DNA of 64,000 nucleotides from Salpingoeca rosetta (taxonomy: Eukaryota > Protista > Choanoflagellata). The stretch lies in assembly GCA_033442325.1 (NCBI GenBank), contig JAWQFM010000005.1:1440872-1504871 (forward strand), given 5' to 3'. Below the pieces are notes generated by a model that made no database searches, was not told where the DNA came from, and was given only the letters and a program-made list of their open reading frames with translations. Below are positions 1 to 12,896 of the stretch, piece after piece; position 1 is the first letter of the stretch, and every line of letters begins with the position of its first letter. The position numbers were made by a program, and so were the translations under genes.

Positions 1-122
1 GTCGCTTACAAAGCAACACTGGCCATTGTTTGACCACAGGGCTGCGACAACCTGTTTTTTTCTCCTTCTTCTCCCCCCCCCTTTCCTTTTTCTTCTTCTT
101 TTCCCCCTTCCCTCGTTCTCTC

Positions 123-199
<77 letters not shown>

Positions 200-708
200 C
201 TCTGACCTTCCGCAATGACTCGTTCTGGTCCAAATAAGCGTCAATGGGATCTGGGAGCCAGTCCTCTGCTGCGCCGTCGCCGCCAACACGCCCTCCCTGT
301 GGCGACAGGAAAATAAGTCACAAACAAATGCAACACGCAAACAAACACACATGAGAGGGTCATCCGGTGTGTCTCAGCACAACATGTGTAAGCAAGCGTG
401 CAAACACACACAAACACACACACACACATGCACATACGCACACAGCGTCTTCACCGTGCATGCACGTACGTCAAAGTCGTCTGCGTCCTCGGCAATGAGG
501 AGCTCCACAATGCAGCGGACGGTGTCAGGCCTACGCTTCAGGTACTCCCGCACGGGCGAACACACCAGCTCAAGCAGCACGCCAGAGGGATCCAGGGTCC
601 TGCCCGATCCGTGACAGCGTAAGCGTATGCGAGTGTGCATGTTTGAGGTGTTGGTTTGTGTGTGCGTGTGTTTGTGTTTGTGTGTGTTTGTGTGCGTGTG
701 TTTGTGTT

Positions 709-756
<48 letters not shown>

Positions 757-925
757 GGTTGCGCAATGTGGTCGCCTTGTGTCTGCGGGGTGATGCATGT
801 AGTCATCACAGCCACCGCCATCACCATCACCCATCTGCAACACCTGAGGGTTTTGACGGTTGAGATGTACTGGTTGATGATGTCGGACGTCTGCGGTCCA
901 GGATGCAGCAGTCGCTTCAACAGCG

Positions 926-975
<50 letters not shown>

Positions 976-1519
976 TCGCACACATACCAGACACAAAGCT
1001 GATGTGACGTAAATCCGACTAGGTTGGCGGTCACAAATGAGATGCCGGACCATCCCTTTGTGGAATATATTGGAATAAAAAAGGAAAGGCACAGGCAGGG
1101 GGTACAGCGTGGGCCCCCCCCCACCTAGTTTCCCCATAATATCCAATCCCATGTTAGAAACCCCCCCTTGTCGAAACCCATGATAGTACAAGGCGGCCCA
1201 ATCTCGTGTTTTGTTCCACATCCCCGAAAACGTATTGCACATAAGAGAAAGCAGGATATGAGTTTATACTATTAAACTGAAGATTTGATCCTATATTGCT
1301 CATGAGCAAGGGAGAGATAGGAAGATTTTGTACCCCCCANNNNNNNNNNNNNNNNNNNNNNNNNNNNNNNNNNNNNNNNNNNNNNNNNNNNNNNNNNNNN
1401 NNNNNNNNNNNNNNNNNNNNNNNNNNNNNNNNNNNNNNNNNNNNNNGAGAGAGAGAGAGAGAGAGAGAAATAGACATGTGAACACACCAAACACACAACA
1501 TAGTGCGCAAGTATGCACA

Positions 1520-1559
<40 letters not shown>

Positions 1560-2926
1560 AACACAGCACGCGCGACATAAGTACGCACACCCACGCACCA
1601 TTTCTTAATGTCGCGAATGGCAGGCAGGGAGGACGGGTATTCAATGATGATATCAAACAGCTCGGCCACCCTGAGCGTCCCCAGGGCTTTGTACACCTCG
1701 AGTCGCATCTCCCGCTGTACGTCTGGCGAAGCGGGGGGGGGGGAGAAGGGGGAGAAGAGGGGAGGTGGCAGGGGCAAAGGGTGAAGGGTGATGCGACGGC
1801 GTGGTGGTGTGGACAAACGCTAAAGATGCAGAACATACACCCTCCATCTTTCCACTTCCCCATGCACGCAAGCTCCCATCCATCCATCCATCCATCCACG
1901 TGGGAACACGAGCACAACCGCGTGTTCATTTCATCCGCTTCCACAGGAACGTCCACAACTGAGACATGTGCGGTAACTGACACACTATGCATCATCATTC
2001 AGTGCTCACGTGCTGTGTTGTTTGTTGCTGATGGCGGCGCAAAGGCCGCGAAGAACGGCTGAATGACGGCATCGTGCCACGCAAGGAGATCCGGCAGCAT
2101 CTCGTCCTCATACTCCTCGGCGCAGCGCTGCTGCACTTTCCTGTCGCACAACACACACACACATACATACGTGCAGTGGTGAGTGGGGTGCAGGTGCATG
2201 ACTTGGTGTGCTCTAATGGCCGGTGCAGAACAAGCTTGTGTGTGTGTGTGTGTGTGTGTTTGCGTGTGTTTACGTATGTTTGCATCTATGAGTGTCGTGC
2301 TCGTGCGTCGACACACACACACACACACGCGCGTGCGCGAAAGCGGTCGCTCGCTGACCTGTTGATGACGGTGATGGCGACGGCCTTGAGCACGGGCAGC
2401 GTGATGACCGCATCCAACCGACACGCCGCCAGCAATGCATGCACGGCCTGGAGGTAGGCATTCAACGTGGGCGTGGGAACGCTACGGAGCGCCTTGGACA
2501 CCGCATCACCCCCTTCGCGCTCGTCATCATCGTCCTCATCTTCATCATCACTGCCGCTGCCACCCTCCTTCTCAGTTTCTGTGTGCGTGTGCAACAAAGG
2601 CAGCAGAGACGCTTTGAGCCAACAGATGAACGGCTCAACAAGAGGTACAGGCGAGGCATGCTTGCGCCAGCTGATGCAGCCAGACACGCACCCCAGAGGA
2701 TGTGAACGTGGACTGCCTGAAGGTCCTTGTACGTGGACACCGGGAACAGCAGTGACAACCCAGCCTGAACGCGCAATAATGCCGTTTCCATAGCTTCATC
2801 CGCAACAGCCCTGCACATGCGCATATATGTGTGTATGTTTGCGCATGAGCGTATGCGAGTGCAAGTGTTAGTGCAAGCAGATGTATGTGTCAGAGAGAGA
2901 GTGTGTGTGTGTGTGTGTGAGTGTGC

Positions 2927-2960
<34 letters not shown>

Positions 2961-3701
2961 GTGTGCAGGTGTGCCTGTGTGTGTGAGAAAATTTGACAAC
3001 ATGGGAGTAGATGTAACAACATGGGAGCGCGTACTTGCATTCAAATTCGAACAACCCAGCTCTGGCGAGCGGCACACGCCCTTCGCAGGCACTGACCTGT
3101 GGTTGGCAAAGGCCGATTGAAGCGACTGGATATGCCGTGTGACGCAGGCTGTGAATGATTGACATGCGCGCTCGCGTTCTTGAAATAGCGCAGCATCAAT
3201 CCCCGCAGTGTCGGTGTCATTGCTGTCCAATCCCAGAACGACCAGCCGTGACACGTCCAGTGACTTGACCAGAGATTGCTGAATGTGATCTACGAAAACA
3301 GGACACGCAAGGACACGGAGGAAGCAAGTATTGCGGTGTGAGCATTTGCATGGCCGCGATGGGGGTTGGTTGTGTAGAAAGGCGCATCAGGGGGGAGGAG
3401 GTGCCTTGTGCGACGGCGACGACACGCAAGGTAACGCAGCATCCCATGCAGCACCCCCATGCAGCGCAACACAGTGCAGCGCAACGACAGCAGCGAGCAC
3501 CGGCTTACGCGAGGCAAACTGGACGAGGAGTCGCTTTGCAGCGGGCTTCTGAGAGAGGGCCGTGTCCACTGCCTCTCGTAGTTGCGCGAGCCGCACCTCA
3601 TGCTCCTTGCGCTCCCCCTCACTGCCACCAACCACGCCAAACCGCAGTGGCTCGGCCACACCAAACACCTGCCCCACCAGCGCAAGCGCGGCCTGCATCA
3701 T
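1..3701 (-). CDS. ANAPC2: Anaphase-promoting complex subunit 2 (cullin-homology), multi-exon; 3' part runs off the window start
   Basis: Spliced exons give APC2-like segments: LRVAELFDIIIEYPSSLPAIRDIKK (~1600-1715), LLKRLLHPGPQTSDIINQYISTVKTLR (844-925), LDPSGVLLELVCSPVREYLKRRPDTVRCIVELL (~470-600) and EDWLPDPIDA (~240-270). Probable ATG at 3701 with a GTAAG donor at 3508. Confidence 0.9.
1340..1446. other. Assembly gap (N run) with low-quality flanking sequence at ~1000-1339
   Basis: Run of n characters. The flank is AT-rich and homopolymer-rich, unlike the rest of the window. Confidence 0.95.
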
Positions 3702-3887
3702 CACTGTTGTCCACTCACAATCCACAATCAGATCCGTTATTCCAGCACGACACCATAAATTTTGGCAACGGATGCGCGGAGGACCTCATTGCTGCGTTGT
3801 CTGCTGTGCACCTGCCTGACCACATCCCCGCCGTCTGTCTGTCTGCAAGCACCCACCACATCCTCCCTCCTCCCTCCGTCTGCGTCA

Positions 3888-4892
3888 ATGGTGCTGTGTT
3901 GTGCACTTGAGTGCGCTGCGTGTGCAGCGTGCTCGTGTTGCTGCGCCGGCATTCGGTACGTGCGGTGGTTTGAGTTTACCCAGTACCTCCTCCGGGTGAG
4001 TCATGTGGTGAGGTTGCCATGTGGGGCTGTGAGACCACTTGTTCGCGCTCACGACTGACGACATGGTTTGTGCTTTGCTGCACTCGCGCGTGTGTATGCT
4101 TCTCTGGGCCAACGGTTGGTCTGTGCAGGATGCTGTCCAGCGCTGGCGTGCGTCTCGTGTATGCCGTTCTCTTCCTTCTCTCGATCTCCGTCGCCTGGTT
4201 CATGCAGGTGTGTACATCGCGTGCCACGCGTGCTGCGATGATAATATGCGTTGGTTCGCCGTGGATCGTTGTGAGAATAGAGCACCTCAGCAACGACAGG
4301 CTTACATGTTTGTGTGTGTGTGTGTGTGCTCTGTATGTGTGCATGTGTGTGGTCTGTGCATGTGTGTGGTCTGTGTATGTGTGCATGTGTGTGCTCTGTA
4401 TGTGTGCGCGTGTATGCGTGTGTGCTCTGTATGTGTGCCTGTGCTCGTGCGGCTGTATGTGGGTTGCAGTCGGATGTGATGCGAACTGCTCTTGAAAAGG
4501 CAGCAAACTCCACAGATGCGGTGTTCGATTTCAATTGTGGTGGACCGGGCCAAGCATCCTGCCTTGGCGCCATGGCCACGCTTCGTGTCATACTCGGTAT
4601 GTATGAAAGAGAGCGAGTGTGTGTGTGTGTGTGCGCGCGCGCGCGCGTGTGTGTGCATGTCGCAGCTTGCATGAACGGAAACACTTTTGTGCAAAGTGCT
4701 TGTGGATCGTGCACATGTGGTGGAAGCATCTTTGGCATGGAAATCACAATGTCGCACCTCCTTCAGGCGTTGTGTTCTTCCACAGCCTGCTGTTGCTATG
4801 CACCATTGGCTCCCAGTCCCGCAATGACGTCCAAGGATCCATCCATTCAAGGTGGGCGCGCACGAGAGGTGGCTGTGTCTGTGCGTCCGTAA

Positions 4893-4939
<47 letters not shown>

Positions 4940-5360
4940 TGTGTGTGTCTGTGTGTGAAAGAACATCGCCACGTGTGCGTGCATGTGTGTGTGTGTGTGC
5001 GTTTATGTGTGCTGTGCATTGATGGGTTCATGTCAGGCGCTGGCTGGTGATGGCATTGCACCATGTGCAGCCCTCTCCATCTCCATCATCCTCTGCCGTG
5101 CTCACCCCATGTGCTTGCGTGTGTGCATGCATGATGCTGTCATTCGGCAGCTGGTGGCCCGTCAAGTTCCTGGTTCTGGTTGCACTGGTGGTTGCATGCT
5201 TCTTCATCCCAGATGGCTCCATCGCCCCCTTTTACTACGCGTGTTATGCCGGCGCCATCGTCTTTGTCATTGGTCACACCATCGTCCTCCTCGGTGAGAG
5301 AGAGAGTGTGTGTGTGTGTGTGTGTGTGGTGGTGTGGTGGTGTGTGTGTGTGTGTGTGGT

Positions 5361-5403
<43 letters not shown>

Positions 5404-6546
5404 TTGTGTGTGTGTGTGTGGTGGTGGTGTGTGGTGGTGTGTGTGGGGTGGGTGTGGGTGTGTGTGTGTGTGTCTGTAAGTGTGGGTGTGGGTGTGTTGG
5501 CTTTCATTTCATTTTTGTCTGTGTGTCTGGGCCTGTGACGATTGCGTCAAGAAAGCTCTTGTCTGGCCATGAGAGTGGATTAGATCATCGACACCACCTT
5601 CATTGCACATGTACCCCACACCCTAACCCTACCCCCGCTGCGATGCCAGGTGGATCATACACGTGGGCAGAGACGTGGCGTCAGCGGGCGGACAACAGCC
5701 GCGCGTACACGTGTGGCTTGCTCTTCTTCACCGTCGCCTTTCTCGTCGCCATCATCATCCTCACCGTACGTTGGACGTGTGCACCCTGTTCCGATGTGGT
5801 TCGATTTGATTGTATGTCCATGGGAACACATGGGCAAGCAAAGCTGCTTTGGCGCTTGCACCTGCCCAGCACACGCATGCAACCTGAAGAACAAACGCCT
5901 GTGTGTGTGTGTGTTTGTGCGTGTGTGTGTGTGTGTGTCTGTCTGTCTGCCTGCCTGCCTGTCTGTCTGATGAGCTCGAAACACCGCCTTCGTTGGGTCC
6001 ACATATCCACCCACAATTCATGCGATTGGTGCCAGGTGTTTATGTTTCTGCGCTTCACGGAGGCATCAGGCTGCGACTTGCAGAAGTTTGTCATCGCCTT
6101 TAACCTCATCCTCTTTGTGCTCGCGCTCGTCGCATCCGTCCTGCCAAAGGTCGCGCAGCACGAAACACCCCCGGCGTGTGTATGTGTTGAGTGGAGTGGA
6201 ATGTAATGCAGTGTAGTGTAGTGTAGTGTAGTGTAGTGTAGTGTAGTGTAGTGCGTGTTAGGCACGCATGCACCTCTTGTTTCCTTGCGTGCTTTCTCAC
6301 ACAATGACCAACTCTCTTTCTACCACATGCACAGGTGCAAGAGTACAACGAGTCCTCCGGTGTGCTCCAGGTTGCGCTCCTCGGGTTCTTGTGAGTTGAA
6401 GCAGCCTGTACCTACAAGTGCATGTGTGTGCGAAACGTTTCTTATGGAGTATTTCTTCGTTTACCATCATGCATCACGTGTCATCCCTTATCACCCGTCT
6501 TACATCCCAAACCCACGCCGCCACCACCACCACCACCACCACCCAC

Positions 6547-6578
<32 letters not shown>

Positions 6579-6841
6579 ACAGCCAGACCTATCTGGTGTG
6601 GAGTGCGCTGAGCAGCCGCCCCATTGGTGATGGCGACTGCAACAACTTCTCAAACCCGGCACTTGCTCAGGTGTGTCACGTGGTGGTGGTGATGACGCTG
6701 TTGGTGATTGTAGAACTGATGAGACAAGAAGCATTGCGTTTGCTGGTGGTGGCGGTGCAGAGCTAAGCCACCCGCACTCGCTTATGTCTTGCCCACATTG
6801 CACTTTGGACGCCACACCGTCGATGGGATGCAATGAACTCC

Positions 6842-6918
<77 letters not shown>

Positions 6919-8302
6919 ACACACACACACACGCGCGCGCACACACACACCCTCGCTTCCCCCCGCCCCCGCCCTGCTCCTCCAACAGAATGTGCCGATT
7001 TACACGGGCATGGCGCTGCTGTTCATGATCATCGTGTGGCACGTCACCAACGCTGGTCGGTTGCGGCTGCTGGGGCTGAGTGGTGGGAAGGGGATGGGGG
7101 TGGTGATGTTGCAGGAATACGATTTGCCCGTGCAGGAGTTACTGCTCTTGCCTCCGCGTGGATTGAAGTGGATAGCATTCACACATCATCACCCTCACAC
7201 ACTTCATACACACGCACACATTGACCTTCACACACACACACACACACTACATGCATACATACGCCTTTGCCCCCCCCCTTCTCACATACATACACATACA
7301 AACATAGGTCGGCGCAATCGCCAGAAGGAGAGCGCATATTCTGGTGAAGACCGGACAAAGTGGAATCAGGTATAACGTGATACTGTTAACTGTGTGTGCG
7401 CATGCTCTTGAGACTCGTTTATGATTCATTTGCGTGCACACCCGCGTGCGAAAACATGTGCGTACCAAAACAAGAACTGCCCTTGTCCCTCTTTCAACTT
7501 GTCTTGATCGTTCTGCTACAGGTCTACGTTGAAGAGCAAGACGAGGAAGCGGCCAAGACAGCGTCACCGGTATGGTGCCACTGCGTGTTCTTTGCACCGG
7601 TGCTCCATTTGTCATTGGCGGATGATGTCGTGTTGCGTTGCTGTGCAGCCCGTTGTTGCCTTGACGTGGTACGTGTGTGGTGGTGTGTGGCAACTTGGGT
7701 TGCGTCACGTCATGTTAACTTGGTGATTGCATGCGCCCATGCAGGAGTACTCGTACCCGATATTTCACCTGACGTTCATTCTCGCGGCAACATACGCCGC
7801 CATGGTCATCACAAATTGGAACAATTTCAAGGTGAACCTGCATGCCAAAGTGTGTGTCTGTGTGTCTGTGTGTGCGTGTTTTGTGTGTGCGCGCGCGCGT
7901 GTGTGTGTGTGTGTGTCTGTGTGTGCGGGACTGCATCGAGGGTCATCTGTCTGTCTTTCTGTCTGTCTGTCTGACAGCGTGCGTTGAAGTGCGTGCATGC
8001 ACCTGTCTGTGGGCGTGTCGTGGACATCATCAGTGTCTTGCTTCTGCCATGTTGCGCCATTTTTCACATTGAACTCTTACACACCGTTGGCAAATCACAC
8101 GCACACACCACAACCACAACCGTTCCCCATCCACCGTCATCGCGTTCAGCAAACGAACGACGTGTACATGCTTGACCAGACCAACATGGCGTTCTGGGCG
8201 CAGCTGCTGCTGTCATGGTGCGCGTGGGGCCTGCTGGTGTGGTCCCTTGTCGCGCCGTGCTGCTGCCCAAATCGCGAGTTCGGGGGCTCATCCACGCTCT
8301 GA
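3888..8302 (+). CDS. SERINC: Serine incorporator (SERINC/TDE) family multi-pass membrane protein
   Basis: Cys-rich N-terminus MVLCCALECAACAACSCCC. Further segments: RLVYAVLFLLS, CLGAMATLRVILG, SKDPSIQ-SWWPVKFLV, GCDLQKFVIAFNLIL, SQTYLVWSALSSRP, YSYPIFHLTFILAATYAAMVITNW, and the family C-terminus FWAQLLLSWCAWGLLVWSLVAPCCCPNREF; stop at 8302. Confidence 0.93.
6210..6252. repeat. (GTGTA)n pentanucleotide microsatellite in a SERINC intron
   Basis: Tandem gtgta units seen directly. Confidence 0.9.
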
Positions 8303-9078
8303 ACAACAGCCGCCACCTCCACCTCTGTGCTGCCATCATATCATTGGAGCTGTGGGGTTTAGGAGTGATGTGACTGTCTTCTGCCTCTTTTGTGTGTGTG
8401 TGTGTGTGTGTGTGAGTGTGTGTGTGTGTGTGTCATGCAACAGCCGCGTGAAACAGAGCAACGCTTTTGTTTCATATGCACGCCGCGTGACTATGAGTGT
8501 TATCTTACAACCTCTTCCTCGCTTATGTTCGTGTAAACCGGTTTTATCAGCGCAAGTCTGTGAAGATAGGTTGAGAAGTGTGTGCCACAACCATGGCAAC
8601 TTGAACCAAGGGGGGTGGGGTCATGAGTGGTCAGTGAAGATGCCAAGCAACAAGTGGCACTGAAGCGGGGCTCATCCAGACGCGAAACTTGACATGACAT
8701 GACATGACAACCCCCAAGATGGGCATGCAGGACGGTTGGGGAACGGGGGGACAGAGAGAGGGAGAAAGAGAACCATAAACTACAGGACTGGCCAGGACGA
8801 AACAGGTTGAAAGCATGCATAACGCGTAGTGTGCCAAACGTACACGATCACATCAAAGCAGATAGCGACTGCGAACGGTGCCAAACCATGGGTGCAGTAC
8901 CGCAACTCTCTCGACAACCCACCACGTGGCACAACAAAAGCATGAATGGATGAAACAAACAAAATGAAAGCACGGGCACGGACGGCGGGTTGGCAATGAG
9001 GTCCTTGCTGTGGGCTACCATGGATGTGATACAACACATGGCAAGTTCACAGCTCATTTCGCAGCAAATGCGCTTTGC

Positions 9079-9873
9079 TCAGACCGTTGGGACTGGCGTG
9101 AACGTGGCGTCGAAGTAAAACTCCATGAGGAAGCCAACCACTGGTGGTTGCAACGACACAGAGGTCGGTGAGGATGCCAGAGTCGCAACCGAACGTGTGT
9201 GAGATAGTGATAGAGGTGCTTTTGACTTAACATCACATTCAATTGGGAAGCATGGCGAGGGAAAACAAAGGTGCATGAAATGATGCAACAACAACGCCAT
9301 TGGCCACGGCTCGTGTTGGGGACAAGCATGTTCATGTGGCAAGTGCAACAACGTCGCACAACACACCTTCTTCAAACGCTTGGAACTCCATTTCATACTC
9401 TCCGGCGTCAAGGGAAACCGTCGCTTCTCGGCTAATGCAGCACTGGCCGCCTCCCTGTTGAAACAGCACACAACAACGAAACATGATGCAAGCAGTTGGT
9501 ACAAAGGAAGCTTATGAGCAAAGTTCAAAGGATGCAAGGGAATGGTGCGCAGTGGTGTTATGGGTGTTGTACGCCAGTCAGAAACAGCACACAACGACAA
9601 AGCGTGATGCTACTGAAGCGCTGCATGCGATACGAACGTCAATGATCGTAGTCATCCCGTCGTTGGTTCCATATTTGCGATAACGGATCCAGCACTTGTC
9701 ATCCACATGGCCTGTGGTCATGGCGATTGCCAAGGGACATGTTTGAGAGGGTTCGTGGTGGTGAACAAACACGAGGGAAGACATGCAGACGTACGCTGGC
9801 ACGATATCTTGTGCTCTTCAACAGCCAGCCCAACCGAATCACGCATGTGCTCCCTTGTCTCCATCACCCCCCC

Positions 9874-9904
<31 letters not shown>

Positions 9905-12325
9905 ATGCACACACACATGAAAAACAAACACACGCTCTCTTTGTCTCTCTGTCGAAACTCCATGACGCACAGAAGAAGCGGTAAGTCCCGGCAACCAGCT
10001 TCACGCGCGAGCGAGCGTAGACGTTGAAATTGTCCTTGTCACCGTTGTCGGCCCGCAAGTACGTGCCAGAGTGGGTCGTGGAAGACCAGCATCCGGCTGT
10101 TGGAAAACCCGCAAGGACACGATGAGGATGCGACAACACACGCAAGGGTTGCGCAGGCGAAGCGCAGGTCATGTCCGTGAGCAACAGCTGCTGGCTGACG
10201 CATGCAGGGATAACAGCAGGCAGATGAGTCTCACCGCCAAAGGGGTTGTCGCCATTGCCGTCCACATACCACTGGTTTGCTCCGCAGCCATTGTTGTCCC
10301 AGCCAAGCTGTTATCGAGCGATTTGCAAACCGGTAAGCCAAAGAAGCAACAGTGTCAGTGAGCTGGGAGCGGGGGTAAGAAAATTTGACATCACATCACA
10401 AAGTAGTACGGTTGACGAGGCGGGAAGGGGGGGGGGCGCTGATCATTGGCCATGGTCACGTACCACTTGAATCGCACGCTCGCATGTTGGGGGAGAATCT
10501 TTGCGGCACTGTGTGACAATGCCGCTTGAGCAAGCGCAGGGCTTGCATGAGCCGTCCAGGTTGTTGCCATCATTGTAGAAGCCATCGGGGCAAGGCGAGC
10601 ACTGGTTGGCTTGGGTTTCTGTGCACCATGCACTCACGTACTGGCCTGCGGTCCATGTATGTTGTGTATACACGTGAGCACATGCGTGCGTGCGTGTGTT
10701 GATGCCAGAGTGGGGAGCCTTGAAGCGACCGAGCCAGTTGTGAAGTGGATTATGGACATTCATCCATCGACACCCTCTCACGAACACACACACACACACA
10801 CACACGCAAGCATCCATGCATAAAGAAACGAACGCACCTGCAGGGCAAGTTGTGAGGCAGCGAGCTGCAGCGTTGGTCGCATCAGTAACGTCGCCTGAGA
10901 GTCGCGTCTCAAGTGCGGTCGCCTCATCTCGGAGCACTTTGAGGACAGAGACGTCGCCTTCATCAACCTTCACACGCAAACATATTGTTGTCACCCAGGA
11001 ATGTAAGTGAGATCAAAGTTCCGTATCGCAAAGTGCAAGGAAGCATAGCGCAGGTGTGCGCACACAGCACATAGGCCGCTTGAAGCGCAACCAGTTCAAA
11101 CCAACCGCAGCAGCGGTGGCCGTCAAGAAGTCCGAGAGTGTATCGCCTGCGAGCGCCAAGGGCAAAATCATTGCATTCGCGATGAGTGTGTCAACCATGT
11201 ATCTGAGGCGAAGCCAAACGTGAGTGGTTAAGCTGTAATGCACAAACATATGTGTGTGTGTGTGTGTGTGTGTTGGCAGGCATCGTGGCATATGCACGCA
11301 CGCACTTGTTGGGGAGCTGGCATCAATCATGTTCTGGACGATGGTGCTGATGCCGCCATCGTTCTCGATGTTGTGAGCGATGATTTCCGTCACAGGACGT
11401 GTGATCTTGTCCACGCTCAGCGCCTCTGCGATCGCATCCTCAATCTCCACGTTTGTCAGCAGGCGACCGGACCTTCAATCGGTGTGGATTTGATTGTTTG
11501 GAGGTGAGCGCTGAAAAAGGTGCAAACCGTACCTTGCCACAAGGACACAGAACAACGTGGCACAGCAGGACAGACGCTTCGCCAAATTGATGTGAATTCA
11601 CACCACAACTATCACAAGTGTCTCAACCCCCCCCCCCCCACCACACACACGCACGCGCACACACACTTGTTGTTGGGGGTGTTGTCGTCGGTCAAATACG
11701 CAACTTCCACGACGTCGTTGTCATACACGGCCAGGCGAAAGGAAGCATCCATCGCCTCGATGCGTGGGCGCTTCTCTGTAAGTATACACAATGATGGTTA
11801 GTGAAACAGGCACAGGGGATGAGCACAGGGGATGATGTAGTTGCCCAAGTCAGCGTATGTCGTTTCAGAGAACAATGCAACGCGCCACGATTGTGTGTTG
11901 AACGCAACATGCCCAACATGAAACCACAACACACACGCATACACACATATATGCAAACTGCTCGATCAGCCATGTGCTGTGCGCATTAGAATAAACAAAC
12001 AAAACGGCCACATACCTTGGCACAACGGAAGCTGGCCCAGAAAGTGGGTGGTGGTGTGGCATGTGAGGGTTGTGGATGCGCCCGCAACATGCTGTGTTGC
12101 ATTGCACGACACAACGCAGACGGCGTTCGCTTCGACACTACTGCAGTTGTGGGCCATAAAGGGAGGCATGCGGCCAAAGGTTGCTTCGAGGGTGGTCTCA
12201 TCACAGACGGTCGTGGCTGCCGACATTGGGATCAGCGAGATGCCGACGATCGCCAGCACAACACAGGTTGCAGCCATCATCACAGCAGCACCTGAGCTGC
12301 GTGCCTTGGTCGTCGTCGTCATCAT
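9079..12325 (-). CDS. Predicted secreted mosaic protein: signal peptide, CCP/Sushi-like Cys module, helical linker, TNFR-type Cys-rich repeat, C-terminal PA14-like domain
   Basis: About 11 exons join in frame at GT-AG sites. Hydrophobic N-terminus (CVVLAIVGISLIPMSA). C..C..C..C module ending GQLPLCQ. TNFR-like CPAGQYVSAWCTETQANQCSPCPDGFYNDGNNLDGSCKPCACSSGIVTQCRKDSPPTC. PA14-like KLVAGTYRFFCHVDDKCWIRY ... VSLDAGEYEMEFQAFEE. Stop at 9079. Confidence 0.72.
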
Positions 12326-12698
12326 CACGGTGGGCGACTAAGGAGAAGGGGGAGAGCGCAAGAAGAGAGAATAATGCGTGTTGTGGCAGGGGGGTGGGTA
12401 CTCGTTTACAACAATTTCGGGCAAGGGTACAAGAGCTAGGGGCAACAGCCGTGGGGAAAAACAAACAACAATCCCACCAGAATATTTTTTGTTTATTCAC
12501 AACCCCGCCTTGCTGTCAATTTTGACAGGCACAAGTATGATGACTCATTATTTACACTTTTTGTGTTGTCGCGACCAGCTCATCCGGCACGGCACGGCAC
12601 GCAAGCAGCAGGCAGTGAGTTGTGTGGTGGTGATGAAGATGATGATGAGCAGCAGCGACCACCGTGCCCACACGCATGCCTGCCCAGCTTGATTCTGG

Positions 12699-12764
<66 letters not shown>

Positions 12765-12896
12765 GTGTGTGCGTGCGTGTGTGTGTGTTTGCGTGTGTGC
12801 GTGTGTGCGTGTGTGTGTGTGTGTGCTGTTTACTGTGTTTGCTTCGCTCACGTTCGCACCATTGCATTGCTTCCTGCTGCTGCTTCATGTGCCAGT

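Noticed and set aside
1000-1339. AT-rich segment suggesting a foreign insertion or mobile element
   Set aside because: It adjoins the N-gap, has a homopolymer-rich low-quality appearance, and shows no terminal repeats or transposase.
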